From contig MEDY01000299.1 in the NCBI GenBank assembly GCA_001724265.1, positions 1-38,029 on the forward strand: DNA of 38,029 nt. Reading direction: 5' to 3'. Positions 20,295-33,300 of this stretch are shown here, piece by piece (positions within the stretch are counted from its first letter, which is position 1; each line of letters starts with the position of its first letter). Source of the stretch: Rhizaria sp. SCN 62-66 (Eukaryota). The translations under genes were made by a program, and so were the position numbers. The notes below the pieces were generated by a model. It saw only the letters and a program-made list of their open reading frames with translations, did no database searches and had not been told where the DNA came from.

Positions 20295-21308
20295 CGGGGC
20301 TCGCGCGCGCGCACACAGACTGGGGCGGCAGAGCAGAGAGCTGCAACTGGGGACGGCACAGGGCGCGGCGGAAAAGCCGGGTGTGCGCGCTGGGGAAGAG
20401 CTGGGTCGGCTTGGCGGAGTGTAGGGGGCTCGCGCCGAGTTCGTCAGTCGAGTCCAGGCGAGGGCTGACCACGCTGCGTTGGGGAGATTGTGTGGCGACG
20501 CAAGACGCGCCTAGAGGCAGAGAAGGGTATTTGTGATACAGTGAGTATGTGTAAGACAGGATGTCGTCTTATAAATTCGGTTGCACGCTTGGCTATGTTG
20601 GGCGGGTGCAAGGAATGTGAGAGATCACATCAGACCCAGCGAGCGGCCTCACCAGCAACTCGAATAGTGGCCGACGGAAAAGTCACCAGCAAAGAATGTT
20701 GAATAATTAACGTTTTAATAAAGATGAACAGCACAATACTTTGACTGCAACGCTTTTGGCGATCACGATTTGATAGAAATACTATCAACAAAGTTATCAT
20801 CGGAGGCAACATTTTTCGACCGGTCGCCAGCCAGCTCCCACCACAGGGGAGTGGTTGACAATGCATTTGACTTGCTATGAAACAAAAACGCTGTCAGCAC
20901 CGGATCTGAGGACTGATTTGTTTTGGGTGATATTGGACCTATTTGTTCGTTTAATTGCAGCTTTACAACATGCTGTTGAACAAGGTTTATACGCAACTGA
21001 AGATTGGCAAGATTCATCGGTCAATTCACACGCGCCGCCACTCTAACCACACTGTCCAGAGGATCTACACGCAACATTATAAGTAAATTGCCCGGTCGCT
21101 TCACATTAGCTTTGCACATTCTATTCTAGGTGGTGCTTACATTCGCACAACACTAACTTTCTCGACTCCTACACTCGTCTATCTTCACACCCTCCAGGAA
21201 GGTTAGCTTCAAACCACCAACTTCTCGTTCACTTTCCTCTTCGCCCCGCAGCCCTTCCCGGCTCCCCTTCAACCCCCCACCACCCCCGCAGCCCCTACAG
21301 CCTCCGGC

Positions 21309-24300
21309 ATGGCGACCCCGCGCTCCGGCCTCGGCGTGCTGGCTGCGCCCGAGCAGCCGTCCCCCGAGGACCGCCGCGTGATTCCGCCGGGCATCGCGCT
21401 GCAGCCCCTGCGCGGCTATCTCTTCAAGCAAGACCACGACAACACCAAGACGTGGCGCCGCCGCTACTTTGCAGTTTACGACGACCGCATGTTCTACTAC
21501 GCGGGCGAGGACGACTGGGCGCGCTGCCGCGACCGCGCGGCGGACTCGGCCGTCAAGGGCGTGCTCCACATCGTCGGCTCCACCATCTACGTCATCAACA
21601 TCGAGACGACGCCGCAGAGCGAGGGCGGCCCGCGTCAGGCGCTGCACGGCTTCACGCTTACTGTCGCCAAGGAGGGCCGTCTGCGGTCGATCGTGCTCGC
21701 GGCGGAGACGGCCGTGGCGCGTGACTACTGGGTGCGTGCGATGATCAAGTCGAGTCGCTACGCGCGCCAGGTCGCACACGCCGCCGCCATGGTTAACGGG
21801 CTCGCCATCCCGCCCGGTGTGCGGTACGGCGACCCGGAGCTGAACGAGGCGACGACGCACCTGGCCTCGAACCAGCAGGCGTCCTTCCTCGAGGGCGAGC
21901 GCACGCTAATGTACTTATACACGGGCCACAGCACAAAACGGCGGCCCGTGGACCGGTACGCGCGGTGCGTACTCATGACCTCGCAGCGCCTGCTGCGCGT
22001 GCACGGCCGCACCGTGCTGGTCGACCTCATGCTGTCGGACCTGGCCCGCGTCGTCTATTACGGACCCGAGACCTCGGTGGTCGACCAGGGCCTCTCGCTG
22101 CTCGTCGCGCGCCGGCCCATGGCGCAGTTCCGCCACGGCGCCAGCCCAAACTCCGCCGGCTCCAACGGCGCGGGCGCCCAGAGCGCGTCTGCGTCCGCCG
22201 CCGCGTCCGCAGCCTCTGCCGCGGCCGCCGCGGCCGCCGCGTCGGGCGCGGCCGAGGGTGAGGGCGACGTCGCTGACGGCTACCTCAACACCACGCTGCG
22301 CTCGTACCGCCTGGTCGCAGAGCACCACAGCGGCGCGCGCTCCGAGCTGCTGCTGACGGGCCAGCTGGCCGTGGACCTGTTCTTTGCCTCGGTGGTCGCG
22401 CGCGTGACGGCGTTCCGGTGGTGGATCGCGCGCGAGTTCACCACCACGCTTAACTACCGCCGCCACCTCTGGTTCCGGCTTGTCGACACGGCGCTGCGCA
22501 ACCAGGTCGTCATCACGCCAGAAGACTGGCGCTCGCTGCTCGTGCGCATGGGCTCCTCGCAGCACTTGCTCGCCGCGCTGCTGTTCAAGAACGCGCAGGG
22601 CAAGGTCGTCGGCCGGCGCGGCGGCGACGGGTTTAACGCCTTCGCAGAGGGCGTGCTGTCCCAGGACCTGGACTCGGCGTGCGACTACTTCTGGAACACG
22701 GACGCCTTCTTCCCCGTCGTTCGCAGCGCGCGCGGCGTCGGCGTGCTCGACTCGCGCCCGCTGTCGCTCGTGTGGCAGTCGCAGGCGTCGGCCAAGTCGT
22801 TCGAGCTTTTCGTCAACGAGTTCACTGACCTGCCCTCGCAGCACTGGATGTGGGACGAAAAGGACCGCGTGTACCCCGTCGCACTCGCCTCGGTCGTGCT
22901 GCCGCGCCACGCCGCTACCGAGGCCGCCGCGCGCGCGCCGCTCGACCAGGGCATTGTGTCCAAGCCGGGCACAGTCGGTGCGACCGCCGCGGCCGCGGCC
23001 GTCAATGCCATTGGCGCCGAAGTGACAGAGGAAGTGTGGGAGAACCAGCGCTACTACCTGTACTTTAAGTGGTCGTCGAATTTGCTCCCGTTCGACCGGT
23101 ACTCGTGGTCGGACGACTCGGGCAGCAAGGAGCTCTCGCTGCGCGCGATCGAGCGCAACATCCCCGCAGGCTGGCGCTGGATCACAGACTCGTGGCAGCT
23201 CCACACCACGGCAGATACCAAGGACGGCTGGTACTACTCCACGGCGTTTGGGCCCGGGCTCAAGGGTTGGGCGCCCACGCGCTCCAACGTGTCGTACGTC
23301 GTGCGCAAGCGCCGCTGGGTGCGGCGCCGCGTGTGCGTGTCGCTCGACGACAAGCCCGCCGGGTCCGCGGCCGGCGCCGTTTCGACGCGCCACGTGGGGC
23401 CGCACTCGGGTGCGACGCAGCGCCCGCGCAGCAACTCGGTCAGCATTCTCGCCGGGCTGGACAACCTCAACGCGTCGGCGGGCGACGCCGACGGCGACGG
23501 CGACGGCGAACCTGTTGGCGGCCACGGCGCGGGCCACGCCAAGCGCGGCGCGACGCGCTACGAGTACGCGTTCGAAAACGAGCGCTGGTACCCGGGCGGG
23601 TACTCGAAGAAGCTCATGCCCGGCGACCGGCCGTCGTGGTCGACCGAGGACGGCAACACGCGCGTCGATCGCAACAACGTGCGTCTGCCGACCGGGTTTG
23701 TGTGGGTCGACGACTGGCAGGTCGACCCCACCTTCGGCGGCGACGCCGACCACTGGCGCTACGCAGTCAACTTCCCCTGGCCGTACTTCGACGAAGACTC
23801 CGTGCTGGCGTTTGTGCGCCGCCGGCGCTGGCGCCGCGCGTGCCGGCCGCAGGCGGACTCGCTCAACGTCGTCGGCTACCCGGCGTGGGTGATGGACACG
23901 CCGCTGGTGCTGGACGAGGAGAGCCGCCTGCACGCGCGCCTGCTGCCCGCCGTCGCCGTCGCCGGCATCGGCTACGTCAACCAGGGCGATCTCGTCCTCA
24001 ACGTCAACATGCAGGACAGAAACCACCTGCCGGGCGAGCCGGGCGCCGCCGTCACGGCAGAGCGCCTGCACCAGCAGCTCATCGCCATGCAGGCCGACAT
24101 GGCGCGCGGCGGCAAGCGGCGCGCGCAGGGCAAGAAGAGCCGCAACGCGCTGTCGGCCATGGCACACAAAATCGCTTCGCTGGCCTCGCTCGCGTCCGAA
24201 AAGTCGCGCTCCCCGCGCTACGGCAGCACGGGCGGCGGCGCTGCTGCGGCGGCCACGCCAGGCACGCTGACGCCTGCGGCGCTGCGACAGGCCTCGCGCG

Positions 24301-27300
24301 GCTCCATCGCGCTGGGCGCCGCCGACGCCACGGGCTCCGCAGCCGAGCTGATGGACTACGCCGCGCGACCGGGCTCGAGCGTGTCGCTCGCGGCGCCCAG
24401 CGAGGTAGCGGGCCCGCTGCAGCGCTGGGTGCTCAAGTCGCGCGCGGACATGTACCTCGACCACGCCGTGATGCCGCTGTTTGCGCAGCTGGAGCTGGCC
24501 GCGCTCGAGGACCTTAAGGTTGCCGCGAACGTCGCCGCCGCCAACGAGCTCGCGCGTTGCTGCCCCACCGTCGCGGCCGCGCGCGACACCGTTTTCGCCG
24601 TGCAAGCTGCCGTTGCGAGCGAGAAGAGGCGATTCGACGCCGGCGCCGCGGCGGCGTCCTCCGCGGCTGTCGCGGCTGCGCAGGCCGCTGCCGTGCCCGT
24701 GTCGTCCGTCGACGCCGCCGCGCTGGCGAGCTCTGGCCGCTCCGGGCTGAAGCCCAAGAATGCCGGCAAGCCCGGCCATGGCGCGGTGGGGACTGACGCG
24801 CAGTCTCTGGCACCGCAGTCGCCGCCCTTCAGCCCGTTCGCGGGCTCCGTGTCTTCGCCGCCGTGCCCGTTGTCAGGCGCGGGCGCGCGCGCTAAGCTAT
24901 CCGGCACCGAGCTCGTGCGCGCCGCCAACGCAGGCCCGCTGTCGTTCGACGTTAACACGCTGCCCGACAGCGCGCTGGCGACGCAGCCCGTGTCGTCGCG
25001 CAGCGTCTCGCTCGCGCGCTCCGCGACGGACCCCGCGCTGTCGCCCGTGTCCGGCTACTCCGACAACAGCGTCAACAGCAGCAAGAACTCGCGGAACAAC
25101 GACTCTTATACCAATTTGCCGCGCGACGCACTACCGAGCCCTGGCCGCGGCGCGCAGAGCTTCTACGCCAACGCACACGCCAGCAGCATCCCTGCCTCTT
25201 CATCGTCTTCGTCGCTCTCGTCGTCGTCGCTGCCGCACACTGAGGCACCGCCCGGCTCCGCGGTGCGCGCCGCCACCCGCGTCGGCAGTGTCGGCGCTGG
25301 CGCTGGCACCCCGGCGGCGCTGCTGTCGCCCACCGCGCAGATGGCGCTGCCCTCGTCCGCCTTCGAGCGCGCGATCCGCAGTGACACCAGCGGAGCCGCG
25401 CAGGGCGGCAAGGCGAGCCGCGGGCGCGGAAGCAAGTCCGGCGCCGGCGGATTTGCCGAGCAGTCACTGCGCTTCAACACATACTTCACTGCCTCCACTG
25501 CGGGCTCGGCCGCGCTGCGCAGCCCGCTGGAGCCGCCGCGCGAGGTGGATGTGTCGATGTTCACGGCCGCGCACACGGGCGGCATCGACCCGCTCAAGCT
25601 GCCGCTGCGCTTTGTCCCCGTCGCGCTCACAACGTTTGCGAAGCTCTGGTCCACGTCCGACGTGCGCGACGGGCCCACCTTCTCGGTCTGGCGCGCCGCC
25701 GCGCCGCCTGGCTTCGCCGTGCTGGGCGACATCATCTCTCCATCGGCCAAGATGTGCGAGGTCGAGTACCCCGTGTTGCTGTGCGACCGTGCGGACCTGC
25801 TGCCGCCGCTGGGCTTCTCGCTGCGCTTTGTACTCAACGAGCCCGGCGTTGAGGCGCTGATGATCTTCGAGATGGTCCCGCCGCTGGGCTACCGCGCGCT
25901 CGGCCTTGTCGCCAGCAAGGGCAAGGCACCCGAGCCCTCGGTGTTCCGCTGCGTGCCCGACTATCTCTGCGTCGCCTTCCAGCAGGACCTCGAAGGCGTT
26001 TCGCCCTACGCCACTAGCGACGGCGGCGCGGCCTCGAAGCGCGCCACCGCCGACGGCGAGGACGAGGCCCGCAGTGCGGCCGCGGGCGCCGCCGCGGCTG
26101 CAGCTGCGAAGAAGAAGGCCGTACGCACCCCGGGCTCCGGGCTCGTGCCGCGCACGCCGTCGGCCGCCGCCGCGTCCGCCGCGCCGAAGCCCGTGGCGAG
26201 CATGGGCAAGACGAAGGCCGTGAGCGTGTGGGGCGGGCTCAACGAGCTCAGCGACTTCTCTTCCTCAGACAGCAACGACGACTCTGGCACCAAGAGCAGC
26301 AAGCCCAAGGCGACGAGCAAGAAGCAGTCGACCGCGTTCACGTTCGACAAAGAGGAGATCGAGATGCAGCCGCCGCGCCGCGCAGCTGGCAACGCCGCGG
26401 TCAGCAACACGGCTCTGGCGCCGCCCGCGCTCAGCAAGCGCAACAGCGTGATGTTTGGCGTTGCCCGCGGCACCCGCTCCGACGGCGTCGAAGAGCGCGC
26501 GATCGCTGCCCGCGCCGCCGAGCTGGAGGCCGAGGCCGCGAAGCTCGAGGAACAGGCGGCCGCGCTGCGCAAGAAGGAGGAGGCCGCCGCCGCCAAAGCC
26601 GCCGCGGCGGGTAAGGTCGCCATCAGCGCCAAGAACAGCGTGCGTCTGCTCGAGTCCGCGTCGTCGTCCGCGAGCACTGCTCGGGGCGGCGATGACAGCA
26701 AGGATGGCTCCGATGGCGACCAGTACCAGGTCTCCGCACGCGCGCCTGTGTCGCCCCCGCCCGGACTGGCGGCCGCGGCGGCGTCTAACGGACTACCCGC
26801 GCTGCCGGTTCTCCGCTCCGACGCGGCGGGGCAGCCCACTCAGTCGTTTCTGATGGAGACGCGCGCGTACTCGCTGCGGCTGCTGGCCCTCGAGCTCCGC
26901 CAGAACTCTGCCGTCGCCACGGGTACTGACATCAAGCCCAAGCCTGGTGCCACGCCTGGCAACAAGGACAGCGGGCGCGCGCGCGGCCGTGACACGGTTG
27001 CGGTCGTGAGTAGCAGCGAAGACAATAACGACGATGACGACGATGACGTTGCGAGCGACGTCGACGACGATGCCGACGATGATGCCGCTGGCTTTGGCAA
27101 GGGCAAGGGCAAGGGCAAGGGCAAGAAGAAACCCAGCGGCAAGGGCGAGAAGGCCGGCGCTGCGAAGGGCGACGCCGATGCCGCCAAGGGCAAGGGCAAG
27201 CGCGGTAGCCTGGCTGACCGCAAGGGCGTGCGCTTCCTTGACGAGTCCACGCCCGAACACACGAGTCGCCGTCTCGCGGCCGCTGATGGCGCTGCAGTCA

Positions 27301-30300
27301 CCGCTGAGAGCAGCAGCGCCGTCGCGCCGGCGTCGCTGGTGAACGAGACGGCGCTGCCCGCCTCGTGCCTGCCGCTGCCCGCGGAGCGGCTGCCGACCGC
27401 GGCGTCGGTGCACATGCTCATCCGCGCCTACCTGCGGCAGATGCGCAACGAGGACATGGCCGACATGGACGACAGCGACGGCGAGCCCGCCGGCGAGCCC
27501 GGGGCCAGCGTGTCCAAGTCGCTGCTTTCCGGCGCAGGTGCTGGCGCTGCGAGTGCGCGTGTCAGCGTCCTGGGATCGCCGGGCAGCGGGCTCTCGCGTT
27601 CAACGAGCATCGTCGTGCGCGGCCTTGACGACAACGAGGACGAGGACGACGAGGAGGACGACCTCGATAGCGATGACGATGCCGAGCTTGGCGAACGCAC
27701 TGCAGTTCAAGTACGTGCACTACAGAAATATCATGATTCTTTTATCTTGCCTTATTCTACATATTTATGCACCTTTTACGAAATCTAACTCGCAATTTGC
27801 TTCATTTTCCAATTTCTTTTCTTTGTGTTAGATGGAGAACCTACGCATCCAGGCAGAGGCTTCGGCGCTGAAGCGCCCGCGCATGGTTTGGTTCCAAGGC
27901 AAGTTCGACTTCAACCCTGCGACGCAGCTCGCTGCTGCCGGTCTTCTCTCCACGGGAACGCGTGACGGCTCTGGCAACCCACGCTCTGCTGAGGAGGCCG
28001 CCATGGCCGCGGCGACGCTGGCGACGGCCGCGGCGTCGGGTCACGGCATGCCGTCGTCGTCCGTTTACGCGATGCTGGGCTCGAGCCAGAGCCCGCAGCT
28101 GAGCAAGCTGACGGACCTGCCGCCGCCGATCGTTGCCGCCATCATGACGGGCTCCAACTTCCGCGTCTACGTCGCCGGCGACGGCTCTGTCGCAGAGGGC
28201 GGCTGGAAGCCCTCCGTCACCTTCGCGCATGCCGCGCTCACGCCCATGACGCTGTCTTCGCCGGGGCCCGCGCAGCCGCTGAGCACGCGCGGCGCCTCGG
28301 CCCGCCGCGCCGCGTCCACGCCCGCGGCCGCGGCCGCGGCGACGGGCACCATGTCAGGCGCGGCCGTGATGCCCACTGCTGTGCCCTCGGTGGTGTCGCT
28401 GTGGCAGCTGCCCGTGTCCGGTCTCATCGCCATGGGGCTCGGCGGGTTCGCGGGCCGCGAGATGTACGCGCCGCCGCAGCAGTTCCACCGTCTGCCGCAA
28501 CGCTACGCCAGCACGCCCGACGCCGTGTCCGTGGAGCTGATCCAGAAGACGCAGGTACTGCTGCGCGTGGCGCAGAGCGTGCTGCACAAGCGCTCCGAGC
28601 AGCAGCGGCTTTGTGACCAGGCCATGAACGCCGTCAACAGCGCGCCGGGCGCCGCCGCTGCCGCAGACGCCGCTGACGGTAAGGGCGAGGGCAAGGGCAA
28701 GACTGCGGATAAGGCGAAGCGCGCGGTCACGCAGCAGCTGGTGCTGATGGACACGGCCAAGGCGCAGGAGCTTGTGAAGCGCATGATGGACGACATGGAC
28801 GATGACTTCGACGATCTTGACGAAGGCTGGGCCGATGAGGATGACGATGACGACAGCTTTGCTTCTGACGCTTCTAGCACCCACAATGACGACGATGACG
28901 ACAATGACTCGGACGAAGAGGAGGAGGACACTGGTCGCAAGCAGAAGGGCAAGAGTGACAGCAAGGGCCTCCGCGGCCGCGACCGCGTGGCCGGCGACTC
29001 TGACGGCGACTCCGACTCAGGCTTTGAAACCAGCACGGCGCGCGGCAGCAGCGGTTTCGGCAAGAAGGGCGGCAAGAGCTTCAAGACTCCGACGAAGGGC
29101 TCTAGCAAGGGCAAGACGCCTGCTAAGAGCAATGCCAAGAGCAGCAGTAAGAACGACAAAGCTGTCAAGGACTCCAATGCCAAGGGCAAGGAGAAGCCCG
29201 CGCCCAAGAGCGCGAGCAAGAAGGGCAGCGGCAAGGGCAAGTTCAGCAAGCGTGCCGGCTCCGATTCCGATCCCACGTTCAGCGACGACGACGATACGAA
29301 AAAGAACAATGATAGCGGTGACGATGACGACAGCGACGACGGCGGCAAATGGGGCAAAGGCAAGGGCAAGAGCAAGAACAACGCTCTCAGCACCAAGGCG
29401 CCCGCGCCCGTGATTATCGACGCCACTGGCAAGAGCGGCAGCGCGCGCAAGGGCGCCGTCCCTCCGACGCCCGCCACGGCGCCACTGCTGCCGCCGCCCG
29501 TGACGCTCGACGCCGCGGGGCTGACCGAGATCCTGCTGCCCGCGGCGCGCCTGCTGCGGCACGCCGTGGCGCACGTCGAGGACTGGGAGTCGGCTGTTTT
29601 CGCCCGCCAGCAGCTGCGCCGCCAGGAGGAGCTCGCCGCCGCGCAGGCCGCGGAGCAGGCCGAGGCCAACCGCCAGCGCAGCGCGCAGGCTGCTGCCGCT
29701 GCGAAGGCCGCCGCTGTCGTCGCCGCTGCGGCCGCGCGCGGACCTCCCACCGTGACTGTTCTCATTCCGGGCGCCTCAGCCGCCGCGACGACAAGCCCCG
29801 CTGCGCCCAACAGCGCTCTCAGCGGCTCTGAGTCGAGCGATAGCGTGGCGAACGTCTTCAAGAAGGTTCCTGCGCCTGTCGTGGTTGGCACCCCCAACAA
29901 CGCGAGCGCGACGCCGCTGTCCTCCGCGAGCACCGCGATTGCGGGTAAGAAGCGTGACACCAAGGGCAAGGGCAAGGGTAAGGGCAGGAAGGCTGGCGCT
30001 GCGTCGTCTGAAGAGCTGCCACACGTCCAAAGTATGTTCTCGGACGACGTGTCGATTGAGGAGGACGATGACGATGACGGCAATGGCAGCGCCGCACCGT
30101 CTGACGGTTCTGCTTTCTCTGCGCCGGAGTCCGCGGCGTCGACGCCGTCGGGCGTTTCTGCGCCTGCGAACCCCTTTGCGAAGAAGAAAAAGCCTGTCAA
30201 GACCGCGAGTAAGCCTAATGGCGACAAGGCCAAGCTCACGCAGACTGAGTCGATCCCCGAGGTGACCGAGGATGACGAGGCCGGTGCCGTTCGCGACAAC

Positions 30301-33300
30301 GCCGGCGGTTTCGGCAAGCCGAAGCCGAAGGCGAAGGGCAAGGTAAAGAAGGCGTTAAAGAGCGATGCGAGCCAGACTGGGTCTGACAGCGACAGCGATC
30401 TGTCGATGGGTGGCCTTGAGAAGCCCGACGGACTTGCCACCGACGAGAGCAAGACCAAGAGCGACCATGAGAGCGGCATTGACGACAAGAGCGTCGAGGA
30501 TGATGACGAGAATGAGGACGAGGATGAGGACGACGACGTGATTGACGTGAGCACTGATGACGGTTTCAGGGCCACTCACAACAAGAACAGCGTTAACACA
30601 GACTCCGAGACTAGCCCGACGTCAGCGCCCACACCCACGCTGCACCGCCAGCACACGGAGCGCCCGCGCGTCGCCGTCGCTGGCATCTCCACCGCGCCCG
30701 TCGACAGCTTCCCGCGCGACGAGACGCTGACGCCGCGCTCCAAGCCCGTGGCTCGCGCGCGCGGCGGCGACGCTGGCGCGGTGTCGCTCAGCCAGACCGC
30801 GGGCCGCGTGCTCTCAGTGCAGCGTACTATCGGGCTGCGGACCAAGAAGCGTCTCGTTGACGACTCCACTGACACCGAGAAGGATGACGAGGCGGTTGAC
30901 GAGAACGACATTGACTTGGAGTCTGATCATGACGAGGACGAGGACGAGGACGAAGACGAAGACGACTATGATGAAAGCCAGGTTGGGACCATGACCACAC
31001 GGGCGCGACGCAACGAGGACGACTTTATTGCGCGCGACGACGCATTCGGCCACGTGGGCTCCTTCGACTACGGCGAGCCCGGTGCGTCACGGCGCAACAA
31101 GCCGATCATGGACGCCAAGGCCGACGTCCCGCGCGGCCAGGAAGAGGGCGTTGCGCTGCGCACTCGCGTGGCTGACCCGTCCCGCGTCACTGTCGTCGCC
31201 TCAATTGCGACCGCAGCGTTCGGTAACCAGAACATTGATCTCGACGCCGCCGCCAGCACTGCGCGCGCGACACAGCATGACACGCGTCTTGTGCAGCAGC
31301 TGCTGTCGTCCGGTCTCAAACAAGAGTCGTTGACGCTGGCGCAGTTTCTCGAGCGCCCGCTCACGACGACCGTGCTCGACGCGCACGATGTGCTCGCGCT
31401 TCTGTCCGCGAAGCAGCAGGTGGAACAGCTACAGACGCAGCTCGCGCTCATCACTTCGAGCGTCAAGCTCGCCATGTTCGAGGAGCTCACGCACGTGCTG
31501 TTCGCGCGCAAGCCCGTGTGGGGCAGCGTGCGTCTGCTGGTGCGCAAGCTCGTGCAGTGGAACGACCTGCTGCCGACGCTGCCCAACCTGACCTTCAGCG
31601 AAGTGAACCAGTGCAACGCAGTGCTGCGCAAGCACAAGCGCCCCGCGATGACCAACGCGCGCAACGTGATGCTGCAGCCCTTCACCAACATCCTGCAAGA
31701 TCTGGCGTCACAGTTTGTTGACCTGCGTTTCGCGACTGTTGTCGAACCCATGATTGTCAAGCTGCCGAAGCACCTCTCGCGGCGCTACTTCCTTGGCACG
31801 GACGCTGGGCCCCCAGAGAGCACAACCGCGAGCAGCGGCAAGAAGTCATCTGCTGCGGATGAGCTCGCCAACGACCTGGGTCTAACTCTTGTCGAGGTGT
31901 ACTCGCCCAGCGAAGGCTCCGCGACCGGTGAGGGTGCGATGCGCGACGTCGACGCTGCGGCGTCGGGCGACACGCTGCTTACCGGCGTGCTCGAACGCAT
32001 GTCCGCCGTTGCACAGGACCTGCTATTCGTGCACGAGTCGTCGCAGACGCTCCCGGCTGTGAACAAGCTCTTTGTGTTTAACTACCAGAACTTCTTCGCT
32101 CGCGTGCTCACGGGCCCGCTCGCGTCTGAGCTGCTGTCGCCGACGCAGAACGCGCTCGTCGCTGCCTGGCTTGCCTTCTACGAGTCCGTGCTGAACCAGG
32201 TGCTGCCCGGCCACGTCGGCTCCGGCACGCGCGAGCAGATCTCGGAGCTGTACAACCAATACCGCAGCACGTACTTGGCCACCGTGCGCAACCGCCTCAA
32301 CCGTGCGTGCCAGAACATCCTCGAGGACGTGCAGCAAGGGCGCCGCGTTCGCTACGACGGTAAGATGTGGTACACCGACGGCCCCGTGGATCTCTTCTCG
32401 CTGCTGCACCAGTGCTTTGACGTTGCATACACGAAGCAACAGCTCGGTGGCCGCGTGCTCAAGGATCTGTTTGAGATTCTCAACAACGCGCAGACGTACT
32501 ACGTCTCGTCGCTGATTCGCCGCGTGCGCCTCGGCATGCGCCAGGCCTCGATTCCCGCCCCGCCAGCTGATGCCGAGGAGCAGTACAAGGATATGACTAA
32601 GAAGATGAACGGCGACAAGAGCTCTTCATCGTCCTACGCCGCCGACACAGAGAGCAACATCTTTGCGCGCTCTGCCGCCTCGAAGGCCGCGCGCAAGGCT
32701 GCCGCCGCGCAGGCCGGCGCTGGTCCGCGCCGCGGGTCGCTGCCGCAGGTGAACGACGAAGTGTTGTGGATCTCTCTGGGCCACAATGACGTCATCTCGC
32801 ACACCAAGGTCGTGGCCATCCTCAACGACGAAGCGCTCTACAGCTCGAACCGCGAGCGCCTGATGGAGCGCGTGGAGGCCGCCATCGGCGTCTGGCAGGC
32901 GCAGGTGCAGTCACACGAGCCTTCAGCCGGCACCGAGGAAGACGTCAAGGAGACCAAGGAGGCCGTGAGCCAGCTCAACGGCCGCACTGCGGAGCTTTTC
33001 GGCGACTTTGCCCAGTACTGTGTCGACGCGCTCGTGTCGGCTGTGATGGTGCGCGCTCGCCCTGCGATGCAGGCTTTCTTCACCGTCAAGTGGAGCGTTG
33101 ACCCGCTCAACACGGTCAACGAGTGGCTCGCGATCGTGCAGACCAACGCGAACATCGTGCTGTCAAGCATCGATAAGAGCTCGGTCTGGCCCGGTGTGTT
33201 TATTCGCCGTCTGCTGCGCGCGTGCACGTGGGACTACGTCGCACGCTTTACTGTTGCGGTGCTTAAGGAGAAGCAGAAGACCGTCTGTATCAAGGAGATC

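Noticed and set aside
27711-27788. C-terminus VRALQKYHDSFILPYSTYLCTFYEI of the 2159-aa ORF, and the two-gene model
   Set aside because: Read-through into an AT-rich canonical intron. Phase-0 splicing joins the ORFs.
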